From Zygnema circumcarinatum SAG 698-1b (Eukaryota; Plantae; Zygnematophyceae): 64,000 nucleotides of DNA. The notes beneath the pieces are model-generated. The model did no database searches. It was given only the letters and a program-made list of their open reading frames with translations, and was not told the DNA's origin. The stretch lies in the NCBI GenBank assembly GCA_037447605.1, contig CM074806.1:3658001-3722000 (forward strand), written 5' to 3'. This document shows positions 38,869 through 52,685 of the stretch, in pieces; the first letter of the stretch is position 1, and each line of letters starts with the position of its first letter. Position numbers and translations under genes: made by a program.

Positions 38869-40549
38869 CGCCATTCACTTGTCTGCTTTGGGTGTGATTA
38901 TTATCAATAGTAGAAGAAGAAGAAAGGTGTGGCTTTTTTGGTTGTGTGCACAAAGAGTTTTCATCATCAGTTTGTTGTTGCTCGTCTTCTCGTATCCTTC
39001 TCATGATGCCTTTACCGCTGTAGGTTGTAGGTAGCAGCACTACCACATGGCCCATCATCACCGCCCCCCTTGAAACTGCTCTTGTGGACTTATTTTTCAA
39101 TACAACTATTTTGAGACTAGTACAAGGTGACCTGGAGCTTCCTCACGGCTTAAAGCTTCAACTATTATAATCAATCTCTGGCTAACTAGCAAGAAAACGA
39201 TGAAAAGAACAGTGAAAAGGCGTTAAATACATATAAAGTACACTGTAATTTAAAATGTCGTATAATACGCACGTATTATACGGTGTATTATACTTTATAC
39301 ACGCGTTTGATACGTACGGATCACTACGCGCAACGCAAGAGGAGATGGAGTTCGCCACGCGCCGCAGTTTCCGCCTCCAGCGCTTGAGCAGTCGAGGAAA
39401 GTCGGCCCATGAAAGCGCACCCCGAGGCCGACCACGACCCCACGAGCCGCGCGCTGCGCTGCCCGCCACCCCCCGCCTCGTCTCCGCGACGACGCGGTTC
39501 GAGCAGCAGGCGAGCAGCCAACCCGCCGCGACGCGAAGGGAAGGGCGGGTGAGGGGGCGACCGCCCGCCGGCTGGTCGCTGTTCCGTTACAGTTCCAGTC
39601 CAGTTCGGTGCGGCGGTCGAACGGCGGACCCGCTGTTCGATGTTGGCAGTTTGTGGCAACGGCTCGCAAGGAACGCCGCCAGACCGAGCGGACGACGCGT
39701 AACGGAATGGAAGGGCCCGGCACGGAACAGGTCTTGTCCGCCCTGAGGACAGCCCTCAGGGGCTTTCATTATTTTGGAAAGCCCGAAGTCCGTAGAATTT
39801 GCGCCAGGACACGCCACGTGTTGCCTATAGGGTAGGGTATGTGCCACGGCATGTGCTCACACCAAAGCAAAAAACTCACTTGGATCGTTTCTCACATAGA
39901 AACTGCCGTCCTTTGAAATTCCGGCTGGGTGCGCGACGGACGGCAAAGGGAGCGAGAAGACAGGCGGAGGGGAGGGAAGGGGGAGGGCGAGGAGAAGGGG
40001 AGGGGGAGGAGTGGGGGGGGAAGTGGCAGTGGCAGTGGAAGGGGNNNNNNNNNNGAGCGGGGAGTGGGGAGGGTGGAGGGGGGAGGGGGGAGTGTGTGTA
40101 TGTGTGTCTTCCCTCAGGTCGGTTGGGAGGGCTTTTATTTTATGTGTATAGAAGACCCTCGCAGCCCCTCGAACGCCACAAAGGAACTGTCTGTCCATGC
40201 ATTGACCACTCGGTTGCAGTTTCTTGAAGCGCGGATCAACCAATCAAACACGTTTCAAGCCAGAAAAAAAAATCTTGCATATATATACATATTTGTTGCA
40301 CATTAAGTACACCATACATGTACTGCTTCGCCACACTGTGCGCCGTCGCACTACCTACGACTACCGCAAAAGGACCCTTCTGTTGCAGAACGGCCCACCC
40401 CTCCCATCCGCTACCAACGCGAGCCCTCGCTAATCCCACGAACAAAACGCGCTTTACAAAGGAGCGCTGTCAGAGAGCAAGCCAAATCCCCCGCGCTCGG
40501 TCGCTCGAGCGGGCGAGCCCACAACCCTAATCGCGTCGCGTCGCGTCGC

Positions 40550-43433
40550 CTACTGCAACAGCGCGAAGCTCTTGACGCTCTCGCCGAGCATGTTCCGCGC
40601 GGCGGAGGACGCGAGCTCCGTGGCGCGCTCCGTCCCCTGCACGCGCTCGCGCGCTCGGACGAAGCGCGCGAAGAGGCAGTCCGCGCGGAGGAGGCCCGAG
40701 GAGCGGTAGCTCGCCACGCTGCCGTCCAGAAACCCTTCCGCGTCGTCTCCCGGCACCACTTCAGCCCCGAAAAGCTCACTGTACTCCAGCTTTTGATTCG
40801 CTCTGCCACCCGAACGTCGTTCTCAAAACAACGTGTCAGTCAAATGTATCCTGTGCATAATTGGGCTCCAATCAGAAACAAACCAAAGCACGGCATAACT
40901 CGTTGCAGGTAGGGCGAAATAATGCGAAAGGAGAGGGGTTTCGCTTGATGTCTGTCAGCACTCACAGTCTATCCTTGTGGTCGGAGCGGAAGGTCTGCCC
41001 TAAAACCCCATGCGCATTGTCCGACAAGTCGGCCACCGGCATTTCAAAGTCGAAGTGCACAACGCCGTCCGTGGGGGTCCTCAACATCGCGATTTCTGGC
41101 CGCAATGTGAGCCTCAAACTCAGCACATCCGCGACCTTGATGTGGAACACATCCACAAAGTCATCGCCGCTGCGCCTCTTCGCCGCGAGCCACTTCACTT
41201 CAATGTCGCCATTGGCGCGGACGGCAGAGTCTCCCGCCTGCCCGAGCTCCACATCCTGACCGTCGATCATGAGGCGGCCCAGATAGCCGCCATCGTACTG
41301 CCACCTGGCGCCTTCCCGTGCCGCCAGCAGGATGGTGTGGTGGCCCCAAAGGACGCCGATTTGGCGGATCCATGTGAGGGCCTTGTGCGGGTTGCTGCCC
41401 CACCGCCCGTAACGGCCGCCATAGAACACGTTGATGTGGAGGTGGGCGTCGCTGACGAGGCAAAAGGTGGTGTTGGGTTCGCCTGCTCGCCACGCACGCA
41501 TCCACATCCATCAACTTTGAAGAATTTGCAATTTCTCACCGCTACCTGTATTACCATTAAGCAATGTTCAAAGGTTTCATGCTGAACACTGAAGAAAGGA
41601 TGGAAACGCAAAAACCGTCAACCTGTCAAAGCCATACCTGAAAAGTCGAAGCGGGAGCCGTCGGCCCCAGTGTAGTGGGGGTCTCCCACTCCCCCGGGAG
41701 AGGGGGCAGACGCGGCGGGGCAGCTCGCGTCCCGGATGGAGGGGGCGTAGCACGCCTGCACGCCGAGGCTGATGTCGGCGGAGGTGGAAGCCAAGTTCGT
41801 GAGAGTCACGGCGCTGATCCATGCGTTACCCTGGAGAGTAGTGATAAGGGGGAGGAAGAGTGAGAGGCAGGGAGACAAAGAGGGAAGAGGGAGGAAGAAG
41901 GAAGATTGCGTGGGAGGGCAACCAGGAAAGTGGATGGAGAAGGAAGTGTTGAGAGAGGAGGATAAACGAGAGAAAGGTTGGGCAGAGCGAAAACGAGGCG
42001 GAGGAGCGAGGGGCAATACAGGTAAAAAGAATGACTCGATAAAACAGGAAGGGGGAGAAAGACAGAAGACTTAAAAGATTGGGAAAGAGAAGGTGGTAAA
42101 GAGCAAAAAAGGCAGAAACTAGTCTTCAACGGGTGAGAGACACAAAGGAATAGACGGAGGCCGAAGGAGAAGGACAAGGAGAAGCAAATGGAGAAAAAGG
42201 CGGTCAAACAGTAAAATAGAATGAAACGCAAAGAGTGAGTGAGAGACAGAGAGAAAGGGAGTGTGTGAGAGAGAGAGAGCGCGCTGACCAGCACGCCTCC
42301 GGAGCTGCACTGGCCGTTGTTGAGGATGTTGACGGGGCAGAGCCCGCTGGAGGCCGTCACGTAGCAGCCGTCGATCTGCGCGGTCGCGATCTGGCCGCTG
42401 AGCGGATTGCCGCCCACGAAGAGCGCGCTCAGGAACTTCGCGTTCGCGGAAATGAGCGCCGATGTGCCCGTGGCGCCGCTGATGGCGACCTGCGGGCATG
42501 CATGCATCCCCAAAGGTGAGGCGGAGAGAGGCAGGGGGGGGGAGGAAGGGAGGGGGCGAAGAATAGGGAGAGGGAGAGAATCATCGAAATTCAACATTTG
42601 TGTTGTAGGAACTGATTAGCAAAAAAATATATTCTATACTGCAATGAAAATATCCCACTGAAGACATACATTTTATTAGTTTATTTATTGACTTAGCATG
42701 ATCGTAGAGGATGAGAGCTTGTGCGTGGTTACCTGGAAGCCTCCGCTTGCAGTGGTGCCCCCCGTGGCCCACACGTACGTGTAGGAGGTCTGCCCGGCCA
42801 CGACGGAACTGATGCTGCAGTTGATGCTCACCTGGCACCGCATTAGGGCACACGTGGCTCTACGGCGTTAGCCTACAATACTCCAACTCAAGTGGTGGAC
42901 ATCACTTTGCAAGAATGAAACCAGAAAAGAGAGAGTCGGAGAGAGAGAGAGAGAGAGAGAGAGAGTGAGAGAGAGAGAGATAGGGTGATTGAGGTGGGGA
43001 TGACGAGAGAGAGAGATATGGCGGAAAGAGAGATTGGGTGAAATGAATGGATGAGTTGAAGCCGTACAGGGGTGAGCGCGTCGAGGAGGTCGAGGGTGCC
43101 GCTGAAGGAGCCGTCCCAGCACTTGTCGCAGAACAGCGATCCCACAATGGAGCTGCCGCTCTGCAAAACGCGCGCACAGGGGGGAAATTAGGACCAATCT
43201 GGGGGGTTTCAGGGGCAGAAATTATGATACATTCGTTTTCATTTCAGGAAGGTCTAACTGCCAAAAATGTGAATACCACGACAAGCCTTTCCAAAAGTTT
43301 GCATTTCTAGTGACGAATTATCATTTTTTCTTTCTGCGAAGCCTGATCTTACCGCGGCGGGCAGCAAGGACTGGAGCAACGCAGCGCAGAGCACCCCAAC
43401 GACCGCCGCCCAACTTCTCCCGTTTGCAGCCAT
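40550..43433 (-). CDS. Secreted Ole e 1-like plus GDPH/Root-cap protein, copy 2 (complete, 7 exons)
   Basis: Inverted paralogue of 18539-20947. It includes the VAISGATG...CSSGGVL exon and the last exon ...FLDGSVASYRSSGLLRADCLFARF... (Root-cap C-terminus). Confidence 0.88.
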
Positions 43434-44008
43434 TGCTCCGACTCTCGCTCACTCTCCTTCCTCCGTCACTCTTCCTTATCTTTCCCTATCCTTCTCTCCC
43501 TCTCTTCCTCTCCCTCCGCCCCCTTTCCGCGGGTCGATCGCAGCAGCAGCAGCAGCAGCAGTCGAGCGCGGTGCCGTTCCCCTCCGCGCCGGCGCCTTTG
43601 TGCGCCCCCGCGCAGCTGTCCCTTTTGTCCGTTTGCGGAGCCGCCGCCCGCGAACAGTTACGTCGCCACTTGGCGCCGCGCCAGTGGCGCTGTGCCTCCA
43701 CGTGGCACTTTCACATTTGCGGCGACGCAGCGGGGGCGGCTCCGNNNNNNNNNNGGGGGGTTGATTAGCCAAAATGAAAGTACTGTACAAATTTTCCCGA
43801 AAGGGGGCGCGGATATCCAAAAAGTTGGACGGCTGTATCATTTTCCTATTTTCGCTACCCCGCCGAAACTATGGCGAAAATATTGGGGGGGGGATACTGT
43901 ACCCTTGGGAAGGATTTGTGATCGGGGGGGTGTACGACTGTACGGTATTACTGCCTACGACCGTAACGTACGTTAGGGGTGTCAGGCTGAACAAAATTGA
44001 GGTACAGT

Positions 44009-44109
44009 AAATGGAAAAATGTCCATGCGTGATGTGCATGGACAAAACCATCATGGGGAACCACGAGGAACTGGTTGTAAAGGACCTAATCACAAAAGAA
44101 AAAAGCTAG
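44009..44109 (+). repeat. ~100-bp dispersed repeat, copy D (5' part diverged)
   Basis: CATGGACAAAACCATCATGGGGAACCACGAGGAACTGGTTGTAAAGGACCTAA. Confidence 0.75.
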
Positions 44110-44523
44110 GGAGCGGAAAGCTACGCCTCGGCTCAACAATGCTTGAAGCCCTCCCTCGAAGGTCGCCGATGGATGTGCGGCCCATCACATCGCGCGGAGG
44201 GAGGGAGGGAGGGAGGGAGGGAGGGAGCGGCGGAAGGCCACCGACACGGTCGCCAACAACCGCAGCACGCCGAAGGAGCGGAGAAGCGAGGCAACGCTGA
44301 AGGGCGACGGAAATGCGCTGTCGATAAAAAGTAGCGAGGATCGCCGGAGGAGGAGAGGAGGGCTTCCTTCCTTCCGGAGTCGTACGCGCATCTCCAAGGA
44401 GCTATGGGCGCATTGTTCAAATTTTAAACTTGACCACTTTGTCAACCTGTGTGGTTGTTTAAAACGACACTTGGAACGGAACTGGAACGTGAAGCTGCTG
44501 CCGCCGCGCGGCCGGGCCCCTCC

Positions 44524-44531
44524 AAACCCTA
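44524..44531 (+). promoter_or_regulatory. telo-box upstream of the helicase gene
   Basis: AAACCCTA about 80 nt before the ATG at 44612; typical of plant RNA-processing and ribosome-biogenesis genes. Confidence 0.5.
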
Positions 44532-44611
44532 AAAGGCGGGAGGCCTGCCAGCTTGCCCGCCCTTTCTCGGGGAGGCGAGGGAAGCTCGCCCTTGCTCGGG
44601 GAGGCGAAACC

Positions 44612-47600
44612 ATGGACCCCGCACTGCAGTCAGCCAAGCGCAAGCGGGCGGCGGTCGAGCCGCCTGCTGAGAGCGGCAAGCAGAGGGCGCTGAAGGCAGT
44701 CAAGGTCGAGCCTCCGGATGAGCCTGACCGGGGGACAGCGAGCAGGCCGCACAGCAGCGCGTCGTATGTCAGCCCGAAGTCGTGCGTGCACGAAGTGGCT
44801 ATTCCGCCCGGCTTTGTTTCTGACAGGGATGGAGGAGTTCATGGCACAATATCTAACCCTGCATACGGAGGTCCGCGGGCTAAGAGCTACCCTTTCACCC
44901 TGGACCCCTTTCAAGAGACATCAGTGGCTTGCTTGGAGCGGCGAGAATCAGTCCTTGTAGCCGCACACACTTCAGCTGGCAAGACTGCCGTTGCGGAGTA
45001 TGCAATTGCCATGGCTTTTAGAGATAAGCAAAAAGTGATATATACATCGCCTTTGAAGGTGAGGGCTCTTTTATCTTCCAGCTTTAACAGCTGTAAGAGA
45101 TTCTTAGGCATACTAAGAGAAGGAAACTTCTGGAGATTTTCTGCTTTACTCGGTAGATACTTCTAAAATGAAGGGGCAAGTTTCTCATTTATCATGAGTT
45201 TCGCGTCTTATGGTCTCACGTTCTATGCAGAGAGAGAGATAAAATGCAGTTATCGTTTGTTGATGGCAGGCGCTGAGTAACCAAAAGTACCGCGAATTGA
45301 GTGGTGAATTCAGTGACGTGGGTTTAATGACTGGGGATGTCACGCTAGCTCCGAACGCTGCATGCTTAGTGATGACTACTGAAATCTTGCGCCACATGCT
45401 TTACCATGGCTCAGAGATTCTCCGTGAGGTGGCTTGGGTTGTCTTTGATGAGATACATTACATGCGAGACCGAGAAAGGGGGGTTGTCTGGGAAGAGAGC
45501 ATCATATTTTTGCCTCCGGCAGTCAAAATGGTGTTCCTTTCCGCAACGATTACCAATGCAAAAGAGTTCGCGGAGTGGATTTGTCACCTTCACAAGCAGC
45601 CATGCCATGTAGTCTATACTGACTATCGCCCAACTCCCCTTCAGCATTATGCTTTTCCCATAGGGGGAGCTGGCTTGTACTTAGTTGTGGACGAAAAGGG
45701 CAGCTTTAGGGAAGACAACTTCAATAAATTGACTGAATCTTTAGGGCGGCAAAGGCTTGACGGAGGAGGCGATTTATCTGCAAAGGGGCCAGGAAATGAT
45801 AATTCGGGGGGTGGAGGAAGAGGACGAGGGAGAGGCGGAAGAGGGGGCAGAGGAGGAAGGGGCGGTCGAGGTGGCTCAGGCGAGAAGTCAGACATTTACA
45901 AAATCGTCAAGGTGAGTTCTATTCACCGAGGAAGTATGGTTAATGAAATGTCTGTCCAAGTATTTCTCTTGATTTCTAAGGTTGTTGTGGCAACTTATTC
46001 AGTAATTTGGCATCAAGTTGGAAAGAGAGCTTAAGTGCGCTTTATCGGTATTTTATTATTGTAAGGTGCTCGCTGATGACTTAACTCAGTCTACCCGGTC
46101 GGCATAAGTCGACAAGAAAAATTGTAGAAGTTACAATAGATTGTTTTTGAGAAGGATCTCTCTAGTACTTATTTAGTGTGTTTGAAGGTGGATGTAAAGT
46201 GTTTAACCTGCCCTTGAACTGCCCGGTAAAACCTAAAGCTTCTCTTTTTGTTCCATGGTGGATGGAAAGAATTTGTCAGTTCCAGAATATGTGTGTTGTT
46301 ATCAAAGGAAGATGTGGGTCTCTTAATTTCTTTATCACTGGTCAAGTACACAATGTCTTATGAATATAGGCATGGTAAAAATCGATTTACCTTTATGAAT
46401 TAAAGACATACCATACTCATGCAGATGCATGTTAGTCATTCTGAGAGCTTCGTGCTGAGAACAAATGCGATTAGAGTGGACATGGTGGAGAGGGAGGAAC
46501 GGAGAAGGGGAGGGAGTGGGAGTGGAGGTGGACGAGGGAGAGGGAGACATTGGTATGGAGTGTGAGAGGAGGAATGGAATTGTTGGGCACGGGGAAGCGA
46601 GTTGGAGGTGGAGTTGAGGGAAGGAATCGGCAGGGAGAGAGGAACGCGGAGAAAGGGAGAAGAGGAAGCAGGAAAACGAGATACTCTGTTTTGTGCTGTT
46701 CGAGTGATAGTGAACGTAGTTCTACAAAAGCATGACAGCTGTCCTTCCTTCCCTTCTTAGGTGGAAGGGCAGATAATGATGAACGATGCTCCTTAGTAGT
46801 CTATAGGTTGAGCTGAACGCCGGAGGCATGGCGGCAATGCAGATGATAATGGAGAAACAGCTGCAGCCTGTAATCGTGTTCAGCTTTAGTCGCAGAGAAG
46901 TTGAGAATCTCGCCATGAACATGGCAAAACTGGATTTCAACAATGAAGAAGAGAAGGAGAATGTGGAGGAGGTACTTGCGAAACACTGTGCTCGTGGCTT
47001 ACTGCAGTTGATGTGGGGCCTCTGAAAGCAGATGAGTGAGCTGTGTAGACTTGTTTGGAGATTTCAATGCAGTAAGCGCTTGAAATATGGAATGAAACTC
47101 CTCTGCCATCAACTTCTGTAAATGATGTCCTTCCAAAGACTGGGTCGAGTGCCAAAAGCTTGGAGTGTTCATGGTCTAGATTTGACTACAGGCCTCCTCG
47201 TCAAGTGCCTCCAATGATTGGATTTTGAATTTCGTAAAATAGCCAAACACTGGCTGCTCATTATCATGCAGGTTTTTAAAAATGCTATCTCCCTTTTGAG
47301 TGAGGATGATCGGAACTTGCCTGCCATAGAGTACATACTTCCGTTACTGAAGCGGGGAGTCGGAGTGCACCATTCAGGGCTTTTGCCCATTTTGAAGGAA
47401 GTTATTGAAATCCTCTTTCAAGAGGGATTGATCAAGGCGCTGTTTGCGACAGAGACGGTGAGGATAGCAATCAATTGAGCATGAGGAAGCATATTTTTAC
47501 CTGAACAGCAGACCTGAAATTGCATCTCACGATGCTGAGATGTGCACATGATTGTTGGTAGCATTTTCATGCCTAAATTGTCAAAACCCCCGCCCTCCCT

Positions 47601-50600
47601 CCCCCTCCTCCCCTCTCTCCCCTCCTCCTTTGACTTGACTATTGTCTCTGGGTTGCTCAGTTCGCTATGGGGCTCAACATGCCAGCCAGGACTGTCGTAT
47701 TTACTCAGCTCCGGAAATGGGACGGCCAAGAGCACCGCCTGATGGGATCCGGCGAATACATTCAGGTACAGACCAGAGCATCGCCATGCATCTGGTCATG
47801 CCATCATCGTTCGTTTCCATCGGCTGACGCATTTCGATATTACCCTTCTGCAGATGAGCGGTCGAGCTGGCCGACGAGGGAAGGATGCTCGAGGGACATG
47901 CATTATGATGATCGACGAACAGGTGGAAAACTGCTACTTGTGTAGCTTCCTCTGCCTATTCTCGTGAACAGTTGTACTGTTGCAGAGTGGTATATGCTAT
48001 CCCTTTTTTTCTTGCGATTTTTTTACTCCAGAGCTGCCGACCGTGACTGATCTATGTGGAGCCATTACCGACATATTTAATGTGAATACTTTGACTTCAT
48101 TTGGGATTCGTTTTGCTTGTCTGACATCGTGCCATGATTGGTATATGTTGTGAACAGATGGACGTGGAAACATGTAAGAATTTGATTCTTGGAAAGCCTG
48201 CGCCACTTGAAAGCTCTTTCCGTCTTACATATTACGCCCTTCTCAACCTGATGAGCCGGGCAGAAGGGCAGTTCAATGCAGAACATGTGATCGCAAACTC
48301 ATTTCATCAGTTTCAGTTCAACCAGGTAGAGACTCCTGACTCGTCTTGCATTCACTTTTCTTTTTCTTTTCTTTTTAACAGCCCCTATTTCCTTTGGGTG
48401 ATGTATTATCTTCATTCTCCACCTTCGTTCCTCCAACACATAACATTTTTCATGTCCTGTCCACTCTGCTAAGTTTGTGTCTAGTCCGCCATGGAATTGA
48501 AGTTGTACTGCGATACTGTGTGTGCATTTTGATGCACAGGATTCCTCTGGTGTGTTGGATGTGGGACTGGAGTGAGCAGCAAATGCCCGAAATACAGCGG
48601 AGAGTAGCGCAGCTGGAGAAGGACATGGCAGCGCTTGACAGTGGAACTCAGGTCCTTTGCGCAACTTGAAACATGCTCACAACTATTTGATACGCTTGTT
48701 ATTTATGGCAACTACTATACATGGTTAGTTAGTTGAGTGTAAATTTCGTGCTATGAGAGGCGGTGACCTACCTGTTACAGTCTCGAGCTGTAAACCTGCT
48801 TGAGGCATGTAAAGCCGAGAGAATTGAAACTATTTGAGAAGGTTTCTGGAATGCAGGAGGCAGCGGCAGAGTATGACAGGCTGCGATTGCGTCTGGCGGA
48901 GTTGGAGAAAGAGATGGTGTTAGAAATTTTGAGGCCGGATCACTGCCTACCCTTTCTGCGACCCGGCCGTCTGGTTGGTTTCCCAAATCAGAGCGTCAGC
49001 AAACTCCTCTGCTTCCTATCATAGTTTTATACGAGGGTCATTGATTTACATTTTCTTCGGTTTGGAGACTTTCTAACTGAGCATTTGGGGTATTAGTAGG
49101 CTGTGGGTTTGTTTCTAATTGATTGACCCTTTAGGCAGTCTGTATGAATCTCGTGTGACTGTGAACAAAACTGTAATTTCCTAACTGGTGAACTGATTAG
49201 ATTTATTCAACTTTCTCGAAGTGTCTTAATTGACGCCCCTCAAACCCTGCCTCTTGTGTTGCAGCTGAAAGTGTTCGATGGAAAACAAGATTGGGGATGG
49301 GGTGTTCTTGTGAATGTTCACAAGCGTCAGCCGCCGGCTAACCCCGTTCCCTCCGTCATTCTGAACACGCATCCCGCTTCCCTCTATACTGTAGACCTGC
49401 TGCTGCACTGCTCGCCGATGGCAGCAGGAGAACAAGGCATCAAGCCAAAGCCTTGTCCTGCTGGAGGGAATGGAGAGATGCATGTGGTATGGACTAACAA
49501 CCTTAAATTTCCCAAAACGTATACTTTTGTATTCATGAAATTTAATTGCTTGGTATTTTTGGTTTCATGAAAGTTTCAAGTGTTTCATGCTCGTTTGATG
49601 TTAGCATTCCTTCTCTCCTAGACTTTTGCTGCTTGAGCTTCGTGTATGACCCAGACGACTGGGTAGTTCTTGTTGTTCTTGGTCTTCTTGTTGTAGTTTA
49701 CATGGTTTTCAATCACCTATATTGCTTGTTATTATTATTATTATCATTTATACGTATCTTTCTGTTTGTGGGGAAGCTTCCGGTGCACCTGCCGCTTGTT
49801 TCTGCTCTGAGCAACCTCCGCGTGGCTCTGCCTCAAGATCTGAGACCCCCGGAAGCGCGACGGGCAGTTCTGCTAAGTGTGAAGGAGTTGGAGCGACGGT
49901 TTCCAGATGGGCTTCCAAGGCTCGACCCTGTGGAGGTGAGATCTTTGAACCGGGTTTAAGGTTACGATTAAAGAGTGTGACCCAAGATTGATTAGGGTGA
50001 TTAGTGCATTGTGGGTTTGACTGGATAAAACGTGATCGCTGCGTTGTGCGAAGGTTGGGCTAACGGAGTTGAAGGGTCTGAAACTCTATCGCCTTAGTTT
50101 CGTCTATCCATAACGAGGAGCCCAAATAGGGCTGGAGTCGGCAAAGTGTTCTTTCATGAAAACTGCATGTTGAAGGGACTTACGTTGGACGTTCTGTTAA
50201 ATTTAATGGCATGCTGGAGGTTTCGCAGGACATGGGTATTGAAGATGAAACATTCATGGAGCTGATTGCGAAAATAGATGCAGAGGAGGAAAAGCTTGTC
50301 AACCATCCTATGTATAAGGTGCGTTGGGCTTCTAGAAGACTTGATTGCAGGACGCAAGTGAAATTGTCTTGTTTCATGCCGTAGGTCTGTCTATGAGTGA
50401 GATAGAACTGTTTAGTTTTTTACACTCCATGGGCTGTTTCCCTTCTTGTTCTTTACTCGTTTCGTAATGCATTACATTTCAACGGGTTTCTAAACAGGCA
50501 GTGGAGAGCAGCGACGAGCAGTTTGAACGCTACCAAAAGAAGGCAGAAAAGCAGGCGGAGATTGACCTCTTGAAGCGGCAACAGAAGGATTCGCAGGTGA

Positions 50601-52685
50601 CTTATTCCTCATTTCTCTCCTTACATGCGCATTGATTACTGGTTTTCCTTCGCACTGTTTTGAGTCCTCTCTCATCCTGCATAATTGCTCGGTTGGGATA
50701 GACTTCTTCCTTGATATTAATCTCCTCGTGCTCTCCTCCAGGCAGAAATCTATCCCTATCAGACACACCTGCTGTGGCAAACCCTATGACATGTGCAATG
50801 TATACCTCTGCTTGTGCATCTTTCCTCTCTCCCAGCACAATGAGGATGAGGATGTAGTGCATGGAAAGGATTGGCAATACTGCGCGGCTTTCATCTGTAT
50901 CTGAATGTCTGCGCAGAATGAAACAGGAAGAAGTGGCTGTATTTGCTACAGATCAGAAAGAGAAATTAGATTAGTCTCTGCCAATGTACATGTTGGTGAC
51001 TCCGCCTATTTCACTGTTCTTGCAGCTCTCTCTGTTCCAAGATGAACTTCGAAAACGATCACGGGTCTTAAAACGATTAGGTCATCTAAATGCGCAAGGC
51101 GTGGTTCAGCTGAAGGGCCGAGCAGCCTGCCTGATCAACACCGCAGATGAACTTCTCATTACTGAGCTCATGTTCAATGGTATACAACCTTAGAAAAATA
51201 ATTCTTGGAGGCATGTTTTTCTTTGGTATAAAGCATCGAAAGTAAATTTAGATTCAGTAGTTGGAGTGTGTCACACTAAGGGAGTAAGTCTCTAGGCAGA
51301 CATGTTTAAGGTTCGTAGTATGTGTGCGCTCCACCACCTCCCTTCAGCTGCTTTTATCCCTCTGCCTCTGCCTTGCCTCCACCTTTTCCCGCTCTTCGTT
51401 CGTCCCACTGGAAGATGAGTTGTGGATGAGTTTCTCTCACTCGCTTAGTTGGTGGTCTGTGAGCAGGAGCCTTTAATGACTTGGATGTGCATGAGGTGGT
51501 GGCTCTGTCAAGCTGCTTCCTTCCTTCAGAGAAATCCTCAGAGATGACGGTTTTGCCTGGGAATTTGACGGGCCCACTTCAACTATTGAAAGACACTGCC
51601 AGACGATTGGCTGAGGTAAGAGGCGTGATGGCTGGGAGATTGAGTTTGGTGCTAGAATATGATGGACGTCAGGCTAAAAAACCTTGCGGATTACTAAACT
51701 GGTTGGTTGATGGTTCATCGCTCCAGGTTCAAAGAGAAGAGAAGTTGGAAGTCGATGTCGAGGAATACGTAGAGACTTTCAAGCCCACATTGATGACTGT
51801 GATGTACAAGTGGTCTCAGGTGGGCCACTTACCGTAGCCATCGTAGACTCTTTCTAGGACTATGCACAACACAAGCCTTTTCGCTGCTGCATTTGCTAGG
51901 GTTATTTTAAACGCACTCTCAAGACATGGGATATTCTGCATATCCACGATTGCATGCATGTGTTGGCTGAAGTCTGAGTGTCGTTTACATTATTTTAAGC
52001 TGGATCGTTTTCTGCAATCAAATGCCCCGTGACACTGACTACTCTTGGACATTTTCGATTGCAGGGCTCAACTTTTGTTGAGATTTGTGACCTCACGGAC
52101 ATTTTTGAAGGAAGCATCATTCGGTTCGCTAACCGCCTGAATGAGCTTCTTAACGAGGTATTTGAATTACTCTCAATCCCTGTCTGCTTGCATCCAACGC
52201 AGCAGACCTGCATGGATGTTTTGTTACGGCCTTTCCCCATGCACATGAGGAAGAGAATGAGGATCATTCTTAGAAGCATGCCATTGTCTGGATTTGGGAG
52301 AAATGCTTTTTCGTAAAGACTGCATTCAGTTGGTTCAGTCAGAACCCCTCCCCCCCACTACTCCCCCACTACTCCCCCTCCTCCCCCCTTCCCTCCCCCC
52401 CTCCCCCATCCCCCCCTCCACCCCCTCCCCCGTCCCCCTCCACCCCCTCCCCCGCCCCCCTCCCTCTCCCCTCTCCCCTCCAGATGTCGGTTATGTGAGG
52501 ACAATGTGAAAGTTGCTTGAGACGAGTGGTGACAATTGTTGCCTCTGTGGTGCGTCGAGGGGCAGCTTCGCACCGCGTCAAGCACGGTGGGCGATGAGGC
52601 ACTTGCAAAGAAGTTTGAGGACGCGAGTGCCGGCTTCAAGCGAGGAATCATGTTCGCCAACTCGTTGTACCTCGATGATAGCTGA
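44612..52685 (+). CDS. HEN2: Ski2-like DExH RNA helicase, exosome cofactor (HEN2/MTR4 family, HEN2-type), ~18 exons
   Basis: [38 protein letters not shown]/arch region, C-terminal [28 protein letters not shown] and the N-terminus resemble HEN2 more than MTR4. Confidence 0.9.
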
